DNA from: Nitrospirota bacterium | Lineage (GTDB): Bacteria; Nitrospinota_A; UBA7883 | Direction of reading: 5' to 3' | NCBI GenBank assembly: GCA_011052055.1 | Contig: DRJW01000143.1 | Span: forward strand, 1 to 37,620 | Length of the DNA stretch: 37,620 nt | Part shown: piece by piece, positions 16,536 to 25,418 of the stretch | Layout of the letters: the number at the start of each line of letters is the position of its first letter | How positions within the stretch are numbered: position 1 is the stretch's first letter | Translations under genes and position numbers: made by a program | The notes under the pieces: generated by a model | What the model was told of the DNA's origin: nothing | The model's input: only the letters and a program-made list of their open reading frames with translations | Databases searched by the model: none

Positions 16536-16752
16536 TAAATATTATTTTTACCTTCGCTTTTACCCTTTCAATTGCAAAGCTTGGGCAAAGATAGACCGAC
16601 AGTGTAACAGTATTGTTACGCTTATGCGCATGAAAAACCGGCCACTCGATTATATGCGAGTAAAGGTATATATGTTGCTCTAAAGCTTACCAAACTAGTA
16701 CTTTGTGTAAATCCAAATTGGAAACAGTCAATACTGATGGAGGGGTAAGGGC

Positions 16753-17883
16753 ATGAGATTAAGATCAATTATCATTTGCTTTATGGCGTTAGCCTTCGTG
16801 TCGTCAGGCCTGCTGACGCCTGACTATGCGGACGCCGCTAGGAAGAAGAAAACAAAGGCGGAGCTAAACGCCGCCAAGAAATCGGGGGATCTTTCAGAGT
16901 CGCAGGCGGAAAAGTTCCGCAACGCGTACGGGGCAGAGGCCGATGAAGCCAACATTGAGTCTTTTGAGACAAAGACCAAGAAAACTGGCTTGGGTAACTC
17001 GACTTACGGCGTAGTCGGGTTCGACTATTTGACCGGAATAGGCAAGGTCGCTTCCGATCCGTCACAGATCAACGAGAAAACCTTTAAACTCAAATCGGCC
17101 AATAAAAGCCCGCTTGAAGGCCTTATGAAGAAGCGCTTTAAGCATAAATGGACCGGACAATACAACGATACAGAGTCTGGATGGACCGGAAAAACCGGCG
17201 TGACGGAGGTCTGGTTCCGCAAGCATGATTCAGGCTCCAAGCTGGGCGCTGATTACAACGCATGGGTGAACCAGTGGAACAATCTTACTCGTCCCGGCCA
17301 TAAAAAAGGGGAGAAAGGGGCTTTCACAACCCCTGTCGCCGGCGCTGATCCCGATCAGGGCGCTCATTGGTTCTCTTTTTATTGCGTGCATTGCCACGGT
17401 TGGACCGGCAAGGGTGACGGGCCTACAGCGGCCATGTTGGATCCCCGTCCGCGTAACCTGACCAACGGCAAATACACCAACTTTGTCTCTAACGTCGATA
17501 TCTTTACCATGATCAAAGGTGGCGGCCTGGCCCGCAACCTGTCTCAGGCGATGCCTCCCTGGGGCAACGTTCTTCAGGATCAGGATATCTGGAACACCGT
17601 CGCCTTCATACGCACATTGGCCGACAAGCCGAAATACGTCCCGGATCCAAGCGACGTGACTGCGGCTAACGCCAAAAAATCACAGGAGTTCCAGGATATG
17701 AACGAGGAGCTTGAGCTACCTGGTGTCATGGCTGGTCGTGGAGTAAACAAAGGCGGCTATAACTCAGTGGGTGGAGGCAGGCTTGCCTCAGAGAAGACCG
17801 GCGTGTCTGTAAAAGAGACATCCGGTGAGAACCCATGCGCCAGGCAGGGCGATTATGGAGAAACCAGGCAGTATGATAAATAA
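16753..17883 (+). CDS. monoheme c-type cytochrome with a long N-terminal extension, secreted
   Basis: GGAGGGG precedes the ATG. A signal peptide is present. One heme-c motif in the context FYCVHCHGWTGKGDGPTAAMLDPRPRNL. This resembles heme domain 2 of the 755-aa protein (CEPCHGVKGEGDGPAAKFLVPRPRDF). Distal SQAMPPW. Confidence 0.8.
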   Translation: MRLRSIIICFMALAFVSSGLLTPDYADAARKKKTKAELNAAKKSGDLSESQAEKFRNAYGAEADEANIESFETKTKKTGLGNSTYGVVGFDYLTGIGKVASDPSQINEKTFKLKSANKSPLEGLMKKRFKHKWTGQYNDTESGWTGKTGVTEVWFRKHDSGSKLGADYNAWVNQWNNLTRPGHKKGEKGAFTTPVAGADPDQGAHWFSFYCVHCHGWTGKGDGPTAAMLDPRPRNLTNGKYTNFVSNVDIFTMIKGGGLARNLSQAMPPWGNVLQDQDIWNTVAFIRTLADKPKYVPDPSDVTAANAKKSQEFQDMNEELELPGVMAGRGVNKGGYNSVGGGRLASEKTGVSVKETSGENPCARQGDYGETRQYDK

Positions 17884-17924
17884 TCTTTTTATACTGCTAT
17901 AATTAGCGGATCGGCCCCCGCTAT

Positions 17925-17955
17925 AAAGCCCCGGTAATTTACCGGGGCTTTTTTA
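17925..17955 (+). terminator. rho-independent terminator
   Basis: An 11-bp stem (aaagccccggt / accggggcttt) with a 5-nt loop, running into a T tract (17949-17955). It lies 42 nt after the stop at 17883. Confidence 0.85.
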
Positions 17956-17982
17956 TTCAGATTTGCGCCCGTTTCTTGCATT

Positions 17983-18022
17983 GATTGTCTTAATGTATCC
18001 CAAGTGATACATTAAAACAATC
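17983..18022. repeat. 17-6-17 inverted repeat (one mismatch)
   Basis: GATTGTCTTAATGTATC ccaagt GATACATTAAAACAATC. It lies between the terminator and the ABC transporter start at 18083. Confidence 0.8.
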
Positions 18023-18082
18023 AGGCAGGGCGGGAGTTTACAAACCAGTAATTTAAGGTACAATTGGCGTTTTTAGTTTGAA

Positions 18083-19027
18083 ATGATAGAAGTAAAGCAT
18101 CTAACAAAAGTTTACGGTGAAGCACGGGGTATAGAAGATATAAATTTCACCATGGAGCGTGGTGAAATCATGGGGTTTCTTGGGCCCAACGGCGCAGGGA
18201 AAACCACCACTATGCGGATACTCACCTGTTTTATGCCGGCCACCAGCGGAACCGCCAAAGTGGCTGGATACGACGTATTCGAAGACTCGCTGAATGTCCG
18301 CCGAAGGATAGGCTATCTCCCTGAAACGGTGCCTCTTTATACAGACATGCAGGTACCGGCCTATTTAAAGTATGTAGCCGGCCTCAAAGATGTCCCGTGG
18401 AAGAAGATAAAGAGCAGAGTGGGTAGGGTGATGGAGCAAGTGGGGCTTTCCCACATGGCGCATAAATATATAGGGGAGCTTTCAAAAGGATACCGGCAAA
18501 GAGTGGGGCTTGGCCAGGCTCTTATAAACGATCCTGAAGTGCTGATCCTCGACGAGCCCACTATCGGACTCGATCCGCAACAGATAATCGAAATCCGCTC
18601 CCTGATCAAAGGGCTAAGCGGCGACAGGACGATAATACTTAGCAGTCATGTTCTTCCTGAAGTCAGCATGCTGTGCGGCCGCGTAATCATAATTGACGAG
18701 GGGAAGCTAAAAGCCATCGACACTCCGGAAAACCTGGTGGCCAAGCTTCAAGCCTCCGACAGTGTAAAGGCCCGCATCTCCGGCCCGGCCGATTCTGTTA
18801 TCAGCGCCCTCAAAGGGATTGAGGGTGTTAAAAAAGTGGAGTCGTCGGGCGCCGTCGGCTCTTCCGGTGAATACGTTGTGGAATTTGTAAGAGGATTTAA
18901 CGGATCGCACCTGCTTGCGCGCGTAGCGGTTGAGAGGAAATGGGACCTTTACGAATTGACGCCGATCAAAATGAGCCTGGAGGACATATTTATTCATATT
19001 GTCACCGATGAGGACAGCTCTTTATGA
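18083..19027 (+). CDS. ABC transporter ATP-binding protein (ABC-2 / GldA-like)
   Basis: Walker A GPNGAGKTT, Q-loop, signature LSKGYRQR, Walker B LILDEPTIGLD and the H-loop SSHVL. Confidence 0.9.
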   Translation: MIEVKHLTKVYGEARGIEDINFTMERGEIMGFLGPNGAGKTTTMRILTCFMPATSGTAKVAGYDVFEDSLNVRRRIGYLPETVPLYTDMQVPAYLKYVAGLKDVPWKKIKSRVGRVMEQVGLSHMAHKYIGELSKGYRQRVGLGQALINDPEVLILDEPTIGLDPQQIIEIRSLIKGLSGDRTIILSSHVLPEVSMLCGRVIIIDEGKLKAIDTPENLVAKLQASDSVKARISGPADSVISALKGIEGVKKVESSGAVGSSGEYVVEFVRGFNGSHLLARVAVERKWDLYELTPIKMSLEDIFIHIVTDEDSSL

Positions 19028-19803
19028 GGAACTTTTTTTTCATTTTCGCAAAAGAGACAAAATCGTATTTTAACTCTCCGGTCGCCTTTGTCGTGCTGAC
19101 CATTTTCTCCGCTCTGACTGGCTATTATTTTTACAACATTTTCGCCTCGTTCAGTACGCTAAGCTTTCAGGCGCAGACCAATCCCGCTCTCATAAACCAG
19201 TATGGAGCCTTTAATGTAACGGAATTCGTGATACGACCTTTTTTCGGGATCGTAAGCGTTGTCATGCTTATCATCATGCCGATGCTCACCATGCGCTCGT
19301 TCGCCGAAGAGAAAAAAACCGGAACAATGGAGCTTCTCCTCACCTTTCCAGTCCGAGACAGCGAGGCGATACTCGGCAAATTCGCCGGGTGCATGGGTAT
19401 TTTCGCTATCATGCTGGGTCTCTCTTTTCCGGCGATGCTTCTTGTGGAATATTTTGGCGACCCGGAATGGGCCGTAATCGCGACAGGTTACATAGGTCTT
19501 ATTATGATGGGAGCGGCGTTTATCTCTCTTGGGATTTTCATGTCGTCGATAACGGAAAACCAGATCATCGCCGCTGTCCTTTCTTTTGCCTCGCTGATGA
19601 TCCTGTATATGGTGGGATATACAGCCGGCCTGGCCGGGGAGATGGTCGGTCGGGTTCTCGAATACATCTCCTTTTCTTTCCACTACGAAAAATTTGCCAG
19701 AGGTGTGGTAGACACTTCGGATGTTGTCTACTACCTTCTTTTCACTATCATGTTTCTTTTTCTTAGCATGCGGTCACTCGAATCCAAACGGTGGAGAGGA
19801 TAA
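19024..19803 (+). CDS. ABC-2 type transporter permease (GldF-like)
   Basis: ATGA overlap with the ATPase gene. 259 aa with six hydrophobic helices, typical of ABC-2 permeases. Confidence 0.8.
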   Translation: MRNFFFIFAKETKSYFNSPVAFVVLTIFSALTGYYFYNIFASFSTLSFQAQTNPALINQYGAFNVTEFVIRPFFGIVSVVMLIIMPMLTMRSFAEEKKTGTMELLLTFPVRDSEAILGKFAGCMGIFAIMLGLSFPAMLLVEYFGDPEWAVIATGYIGLIMMGAAFISLGIFMSSITENQIIAAVLSFASLMILYMVGYTAGLAGEMVGRVLEYISFSFHYEKFARGVVDTSDVVYYLLFTIMFLFLSMRSLESKRWRG

Positions 19804-19807
19804 GCAA

Positions 19808-21382
19808 ATGGTTTCACCAACTCTGATTATAGCTGTTATCAGCGTAATTCTGATTGCGGCGGGGCTTAGTCTTTACGCCATAGGCGGAGCTATGTCGATT
19901 CAAACCGCCGGAATTTTATGGGTAGGCTTAATGCTTGCTCTGTTCTTGCTCTATGCCCGTTTTAAAGACATCAGAAAAGCGCTGGTCGGACGAAACGCAA
20001 AATACGGAGCCAACATGGCGGTTGTGATAACGGTCTTTTTCGGGGTTCTCGTTTTCATGGCGATATTGGGCCATGCTCACAACAAAAGGTTCGACTTTAC
20101 GAAAACAGGCAGGTTCACCCTTTCATCGCAAACCAAAAAGATTCTTTCAACTCTGGAAAAACCGGTCAAGGCCATAGCCTATTACAGGTCCGAGTCGGGC
20201 ACCATGCACGCAAGGCAACGACAGGCCGCGCGAGACTTGTTAGAGGAATATTCCAATCTTTCAAAAAACTTCACCTTCACATTCATCGATCCGGACCGCA
20301 ACCCTGGGCTGGCTTCAAAATATGGTGTGTCCGAGTACCGCATTATTATGCTTATGTCTGCCGGCAAACAGGTAAAAGTCGGCTCAGAAAGAGAGGAGAA
20401 ACTGACCAACGGCCTTATAAAGCTCATAAGAAAAAAGCAAAAGTATATTTACTGGGTCAAAGGCCACGGGGAAAAGGACCTGGCCTCCACAAAAAAAGAT
20501 GGCTACAGCGCCGCCAGGGACGCCATTCTCTACGAGAATTACGAGATCAAGGAGCTTTTCTTGATGAGAGAGAAAAAAGTTCCAGATGACGCTACCGTGG
20601 TAGTCATCGCAAGTCCCAAAAAAGAGTTTACAAAAGATGAGCTGGAAAAAATAAACCAGTATTATCTCCGGGGAGGGGCTATCTTTGCGCTTATCGACCC
20701 CGGTCATCCTCCCGGATTTCAGACATGGCTGGAAAATTACGGATTCAAACTTCAAAGTGACGTGATCATAGACCAGCAGAGCCAGCTTTACGGAGCCAAC
20801 GCCCTGACACCGGTGGTGTACGCCTATCACAAAAAACATCCTTTGACCCGGGATTTTTCATTGGCTTCATATTTTCCCATAGCTAACTCAGTTTACATTG
20901 ATGAAGATCCAAAGCGCGGACGGTATCAGCTGGCCCTTACCGGGCCTAACAGCTGGACTGAACTTGATAAAGACCAGCTGGAGTCAGGAAACGCGCAATA
21001 CAATGAAGATCATGAAAAAAGAGGCCCGGTTCCAGTGATGTCCGTGACAACAGTGGCGACAAAAGGAGAGAAGGACAAGCAGGGGGCAAAAGCGGATATC
21101 TATGGGAAATTCGTGCTCGTTGGTGACTCTGATTTTGCGAGTAACACCAATATAAACCTTGCTGGCAACGGGGACCTGTTTCTCAACACGATAAGCTGGC
21201 TCGCCGAAGAGGCCAACCTGATCGCGGTGCGCGCAAAGAGGAAAAACATAAAGCCTGTGGTTCTGACAGTCAGCCAGGGCAGGGCTATATTCTGGATTCC
21301 TGTGGCGATGGTTCCATCTATTGTATTGATGGCGGGGATAGGGATATACAGTCGCAGACGGTGGTTCCGGCATGACTTTTGA
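19808..21382 (+). CDS. GldG-like ABC transporter auxiliary protein
   Basis: The track ORF starts at 19721, inside the permease gene. The ATG at 19808 follows GGAGAGGA and the permease stop. N- and C-terminal TM anchors surround a large extracytoplasmic domain, in the typical position after GldA/GldF-like genes. Confidence 0.7.
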   Translation: MVSPTLIIAVISVILIAAGLSLYAIGGAMSIQTAGILWVGLMLALFLLYARFKDIRKALVGRNAKYGANMAVVITVFFGVLVFMAILGHAHNKRFDFTKTGRFTLSSQTKKILSTLEKPVKAIAYYRSESGTMHARQRQAARDLLEEYSNLSKNFTFTFIDPDRNPGLASKYGVSEYRIIMLMSAGKQVKVGSEREEKLTNGLIKLIRKKQKYIYWVKGHGEKDLASTKKDGYSAARDAILYENYEIKELFLMREKKVPDDATVVVIASPKKEFTKDELEKINQYYLRGGAIFALIDPGHPPGFQTWLENYGFKLQSDVIIDQQSQLYGANALTPVVYAYHKKHPLTRDFSLASYFPIANSVYIDEDPKRGRYQLALTGPNSWTELDKDQLESGNAQYNEDHEKRGPVPVMSVTTVATKGEKDKQGAKADIYGKFVLVGDSDFASNTNINLAGNGDLFLNTISWLAEEANLIAVRAKRKNIKPVVLTVSQGRAIFWIPVAMVPSIVLMAGIGIYSRRRWFRHDF

Positions 21383-21456
21383 GTTTAAAAGGTTTTTTAC
21401 CGAATCAACGTCGCCTGGAAGACTACCCATAGCTTTTTTGAAGAGATAATCCTTGG

Positions 21457-22809
21457 ATGAATTATTTCAAGACTACGTTCTGGTGGATCATCGTTCTGGC
21501 GGCGGTGGGGGGGTACAGTTACCTTGACTATGAAAAAACAAGAGTCGAAGAGATTCAAAAAGATGAAGCGACGCGGCTGTTTCCTTTTTATCCCAAGGAT
21601 ATTCTGTCGATTATTCTTAATAAAGGAGATAGGGTGATCGAGTTGGAGCGATGGGAGGAGGGCTGGAGGATGGTCGCTCCCATAAAAGTCAAAGCGGAAA
21701 GCAAAGCGGTGGAGAAGTTCCTCGGATACATAACCGATTCGCGTAACGACGCAGACTATATAATGGATCCCGATCCTTCTCCCCAAAGACTTGTGGAGTT
21801 CGGGCTCGCCGATCCTGAAGTTAGCGTGACGCTCAAAGTAGGCAAACAGCTAAACGAATACACGCTCCAGTTCGGCGCCAGAGCCCCCACCAAAGGAGTC
21901 GCTTTCGCCAGGCTCAAAGGTGAAAAGGCTGTCTACAGAGTCCTGTCGTATATGCGCGCCGAGGCGGATAAGGATGTATATTACTTCAGGGACAAATCAG
22001 TTCTTCGTCTTAATCCGTTGATGATCGATCAGCTTGTAATAAATCGAAAAGAAGGTTCCATCAGGGTGAAACTGCCGCAAGACGGCAAATGGGAAATTGA
22101 GAAACCTATCAAGGCGCGGGCAGACCATAATAAAGTGTTCGAAATTCTTGGGATGTTCGCAAATGCCCAAGTTAAAAATTTTATTTCCGAGAATAAAAAC
22201 AACTTGAAGGCTTACGGTCTCGATAAGCCGGACATAGAGCTTATGCTCTGGCAGAGCGGCGACTCCGAACCGACATTGAAAATAGAGGTCGGCGCCAGAA
22301 ATCCTGAAAAACGGGGGTATTTTGTCTCGATGTCTGACAGGGACAACGTGTTTCTACTGGAAGAAGACTTGATAAGCGCCATCCCCAGAGGCGCCAATGA
22401 TTTAAGAAGCAGAGACCTCCTTTTTTTCGAGAGCGACAAGTTGAGGAGGATCGAGATACGAAGACCTAACAGGTCTGTCGCGCTGGTTCGTGACAAAGAC
22501 AAGGAATGGAGAAAAAATAATGTAGATGGGGAGAAAGTTGATTTTAATCTGGTAAAAGAAATGCTGAGCGGGGTGCTGGAGTTGAAAATAAGTGATTTTA
22601 TCACCGATTCTCCTAAAAGCTTAAAAGCGTACGGTCTGGATCCTCCAGAGATGAAACTTCTGTTGTGGCCGGAAAAAAGCGCGGTGCCCATTTTCCTAAG
22701 CGTAGGGTCAAAGACGCCCTCAGGAAATGTTTACGCCATGTCCGGCGCGCAGGGCTCCGTTTTGGCGCTTGATAAGAGCGTAAAACGGATATTAAAAATT
22801 ATTTTATGA
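21457..22809 (+). CDS. DUF4340-like protein
   Basis: An N-terminal TM anchor. Repeated modules are present (VEFGLADPEVSVTLK, KAYGLDKPDIELMLW, KAYGLDPPEMKLLLW), as in DUF4340 proteins that follow GldG homologues. Confidence 0.65.
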   Translation: MNYFKTTFWWIIVLAAVGGYSYLDYEKTRVEEIQKDEATRLFPFYPKDILSIILNKGDRVIELERWEEGWRMVAPIKVKAESKAVEKFLGYITDSRNDADYIMDPDPSPQRLVEFGLADPEVSVTLKVGKQLNEYTLQFGARAPTKGVAFARLKGEKAVYRVLSYMRAEADKDVYYFRDKSVLRLNPLMIDQLVINRKEGSIRVKLPQDGKWEIEKPIKARADHNKVFEILGMFANAQVKNFISENKNNLKAYGLDKPDIELMLWQSGDSEPTLKIEVGARNPEKRGYFVSMSDRDNVFLLEEDLISAIPRGANDLRSRDLLFFESDKLRRIEIRRPNRSVALVRDKDKEWRKNNVDGEKVDFNLVKEMLSGVLELKISDFITDSPKSLKAYGLDPPEMKLLLWPEKSAVPIFLSVGSKTPSGNVYAMSGAQGSVLALDKSVKRILKIIL

Positions 22810-22822
22810 GCTGGAGAAAATT

Positions 22823-23470
22823 ATGAATAACTCAAGGAGGCTGTTCCAAAACGCAATATTGTTGCTTTTGTCATTATCACTTTTCACCACATACGCGGCG
22901 GCCCAGAAGAATCCAAGTGTTGGCAACCTGTTTATCAACGCGTATGAAAAAAAAGATGAAGCGGCGATGAAAAAGCTTATTGAAACCAGAACCAAAGAAT
23001 TTCCAGCCGAAGTCCAGGCCATGGTCGAATACTCCATGTCTCCAAAAGCCGGGAAACAAGAGCAAGACTTTTTATTCGGCGTAGCCGGGCTTATAGCAAA
23101 TATGTATGGAGAGCAGACCGGTGACATGAGATTGTTCGAAGCGGTAAAAGCCAACTATAGCTCCGTGCTCAAAAAACGTAAGGCGACGACCCTCGATCCG
23201 AACGTTGTATCGGCCTTGAAAAAAAAGATTGCGGCGCTTGGTGGAGGTGATTGGCGGGTCAATATGTTCAGGCTGGACCAGAGCGGTGTCCTTACCGTCG
23301 AGATAGATGTAAGAGAATCCTCAGGAGGGGCGGGTTTCACTCCACGGATAGAATTTAAAAAGAGCAACGAAGCCAGGGATATTATTAAAGCGGGGCTTCC
23401 TGCGGTGAAAAAAGGAAAAATCTCCTGGAGCAGTATGGGAATCGGCCTTAAAACAGTGTTTATAGAATGA
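22823..23470 (+). CDS. secreted hypothetical protein
   Basis: Signal peptide MNNSRRLFQNAILLLLSLSLFTTYAAA-Q. No recognisable motif. Confidence 0.6.
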   Translation: MNNSRRLFQNAILLLLSLSLFTTYAAAQKNPSVGNLFINAYEKKDEAAMKKLIETRTKEFPAEVQAMVEYSMSPKAGKQEQDFLFGVAGLIANMYGEQTGDMRLFEAVKANYSSVLKKRKATTLDPNVVSALKKKIAALGGGDWRVNMFRLDQSGVLTVEIDVRESSGGAGFTPRIEFKKSNEARDIIKAGLPAVKKGKISWSSMGIGLKTVFIE

Positions 23471-23865
23471 CCGGGGTGAAAGTAATGAGACGGCATATGA
23501 AATGGATCGTACCGGCCATCGTTGTAACGACATTTAGTTTCTTGAACGTGGCCTTCGCTGGAAACCCGGCGGCGGGCGCGAAAATATTCAAGAAAAAATG
23601 TAAGACCTGTCATCGTCTGTCAGACGGCACAAAGGTGGGGCCTGGCCTGGCCGGCGTCACCTCGCGCCGCACGAATGAGTGGTTGCACAAATGGCTGACA
23701 AATCCCAAAGCTATGATTAAAAAAGGGGATCCGATAGCGGTGAAGCTGAAAAAGAAATATAAGAAACAAATGCGTACATATAAGCTTATGCAGGATGAGG
23801 AAAACAGGGAAAACATCATAGCTTTCCTTAAACAAAATGACGAAAATTATGAGAAACAAAAATAA
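23467..23865 (+). CDS. monoheme class I cytochrome c (c2-like)
   Basis: ATGA overlap with the upstream gene. Signal/anchor present. AGAKIFKKKCKTCH ... VGPGLAGV is the mitochondrial/c2-type signature. Confidence 0.85.
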   Translation: MTGVKVMRRHMKWIVPAIVVTTFSFLNVAFAGNPAAGAKIFKKKCKTCHRLSDGTKVGPGLAGVTSRRTNEWLHKWLTNPKAMIKKGDPIAVKLKKKYKKQMRTYKLMQDEENRENIIAFLKQNDENYEKQK

Positions 23866-23879
23866 AGATGGAGAGCATA

Positions 23880-24215
23880 ATGAGAAAATCAATTTATCTT
23901 TTAATGGTGGTCTCGCTCTTGGCAGGCGTGACCTTTGTAGGATGCGAATCGGGGGACGATATGGAAAGCAAGTTCGCCAAAGCCTTATCCGATGTAAACA
24001 AGGATTGGCAACTTTATGAAATAGTTAAAAGCCGTGGCGCCCTTACGATAAAGGTGGAGGTTACCAGTATCATCTCTTTTAAAGAAGCGCAAAAAGCGGT
24101 AGCCGCCATTCACAAATCCGATCCGAAATTCGCCGGATATATCGATTTTTTCGATTCCAGAACAAGCACCGTGGTGAGGAAGATGGAGATTATTCCCGAC
24201 TCTCCGTCTACCTGA
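23880..24215 (+). CDS. small lipoprotein, unknown function
   Basis: The track ORF is 23868-24215. The ATG at 23880 follows GGAGAG. Lipobox TFVGC. Confidence 0.55.
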   Translation: MRKSIYLLMVVSLLAGVTFVGCESGDDMESKFAKALSDVNKDWQLYEIVKSRGALTIKVEVTSIISFKEAQKAVAAIHKSDPKFAGYIDFFDSRTSTVVRKMEIIPDSPST

Positions 24216-24666
24216 CGTAGTACGGGTCTTTATGGACAGAAACCAGGATTTTGGAGGCCAACTCAACTTCTTTGAATTGAGCCAGGAATTTTTTTCGCGC
24301 TTGAGCGAGTTCGCGGGCGCTGGCTTTGGCAAAACGGATCTGGTAGTAATTGACAGAATAATCATAACCGACTATTTCGCCATTTAGTGAGGCGATGATT
24401 TTTTCAGCTTTTTCCCTGCTTGTGGAGGGTGAAAAAGTGACGCTTATTATATTTTTTAAGATTTCAAGGCCGGTTTCCTTGTCTTCTATTATGTCATCTA
24501 CCGATGGAGAAAAAAAACTGCGCGCAACAGAGCCTGAGTTCGATTTTTGCACAAATGACCGATCGTTGTTGTCAGAGCAACCTGTCCAGGCAACGCAAAA
24601 ACAAAAGAAAACAATAAACCCAAGCGGCGCCAAAACATTAAGGCGAACGTCGGCTATTTTTTCCAT
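24208..24666 (-). CDS. small lipoprotein, unknown function
   Basis: 152-aa ORF with lipobox AWTGC. It is convergent with, and overlaps by 8 nt, the gene ending at 24215. Confidence 0.55.
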   Translation of the reverse strand: MEKIADVRLNVLAPLGFIVFFCFCVAWTGCSDNNDRSFVQKSNSGSVARSFFSPSVDDIIEDKETGLEILKNIISVTFSPSTSREKAEKIIASLNGEIVGYDYSVNYYQIRFAKASARELAQARKKFLAQFKEVELASKILVSVHKDPYYVR

Positions 24667-24700
24667 TGACCACTATTACCCTGCATGTGGATTTATGACG

Positions 24701-25354
24701 TTACTTCGCGCATCTGAACCCGACGTAGGTATGGGAGTCATCAGGTATGCTTTTCAAAACAGAAAAAACTTTGCCGTTTTTAGCGTTGTCGAAAAACGAG
24801 CCGCCCATTACAATGCGGTATTTCTTATCATTGCCGTCCCAGCCGTTCACCCATTCCCATACATTGCCGGACATGTCGTGAACTCCATACGGGCTCACGC
24901 CGCTTTTGAAACTGCCGACTGGGACAGTACTTCCTGCTCCGGATTCCACAGTGTTTGCTTTTGCGCTATCGAAATCATTTCCCCACGGATAGATTCGCCC
25001 GTCGTCGCCCCTGGCCGCTTTTTCCCATTCCAACGCGGTGGGAAGCCGTTTGCCGACCGATTTGCAGTAAGCTTCAGCGTCAAAATAGGTCACCTCTGTG
25101 GCGGGATGGTCCTCTTTCCCGGTTGGAATTTCCCAATCTTTGATAGATTTGGCGATTTTTTCTTGTGTTACTTCGTATTTATCTATATGAAACGTTTTAA
25201 CGTTGATAGCCTTCAAGGCGGCGCCGGATTTGAATTCACCACCAGCGATCTCTACCATCTCTTTCTCGCGCGCCGAGGTGAAAGAGGCATGCGCGACTAT
25301 CATGGCAAGAACAAGAACGCCTAATAGAACCGATTTATCTTTATATATATGCAA
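24701..25354 (-). CDS. formylglycine-generating enzyme (FGE/SUMF1) domain protein, secreted
   Basis: Signal peptide present. Motifs RLPTALEWEKAARG, YPWGN and HDMSGNVWEWV are typical of the FGE-sulfatase domain. Confidence 0.8.
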   Translation of the reverse strand: MHIYKDKSVLLGVLVLAMIVAHASFTSAREKEMVEIAGGEFKSGAALKAINVKTFHIDKYEVTQEKIAKSIKDWEIPTGKEDHPATEVTYFDAEAYCKSVGKRLPTALEWEKAARGDDGRIYPWGNDFDSAKANTVESGAGSTVPVGSFKSGVSPYGVHDMSGNVWEWVNGWDGNDKKYRIVMGGSFFDNAKNGKVFSVLKSIPDDSHTYVGFRCAK

Positions 25355-25418
25355 AACTGATCCCCTTATGTTAGAAAATAATAAAATTTATTATTAAATT
25401 TGGAGCAAAATCAAAGCC

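Noticed and set aside
16441-16683. 80-aa ORF in the track (MNKMENIIPQDACFQ ...).
   Set aside because: It has no Shine-Dalgarno sequence. Its composition is an odd Cys/Phe/Tyr/Lys-rich one, typical of translated AT-rich non-coding DNA. It contains the palindromic candidate operator sites and sits in a promoter-like spacer.
18083-21382. The possibility that the ABC ATPase and ABC-2 permease are NosF/NosY maturation genes for the NosZ-like protein.
   Set aside because: They are followed by GldG-like and DUF4340-like genes, the standard GldAFG-type arrangement, not by a NosD beta-helix protein or NosL. They also lie 13 kb from the NosZ-like gene, separated from it by several unrelated units.
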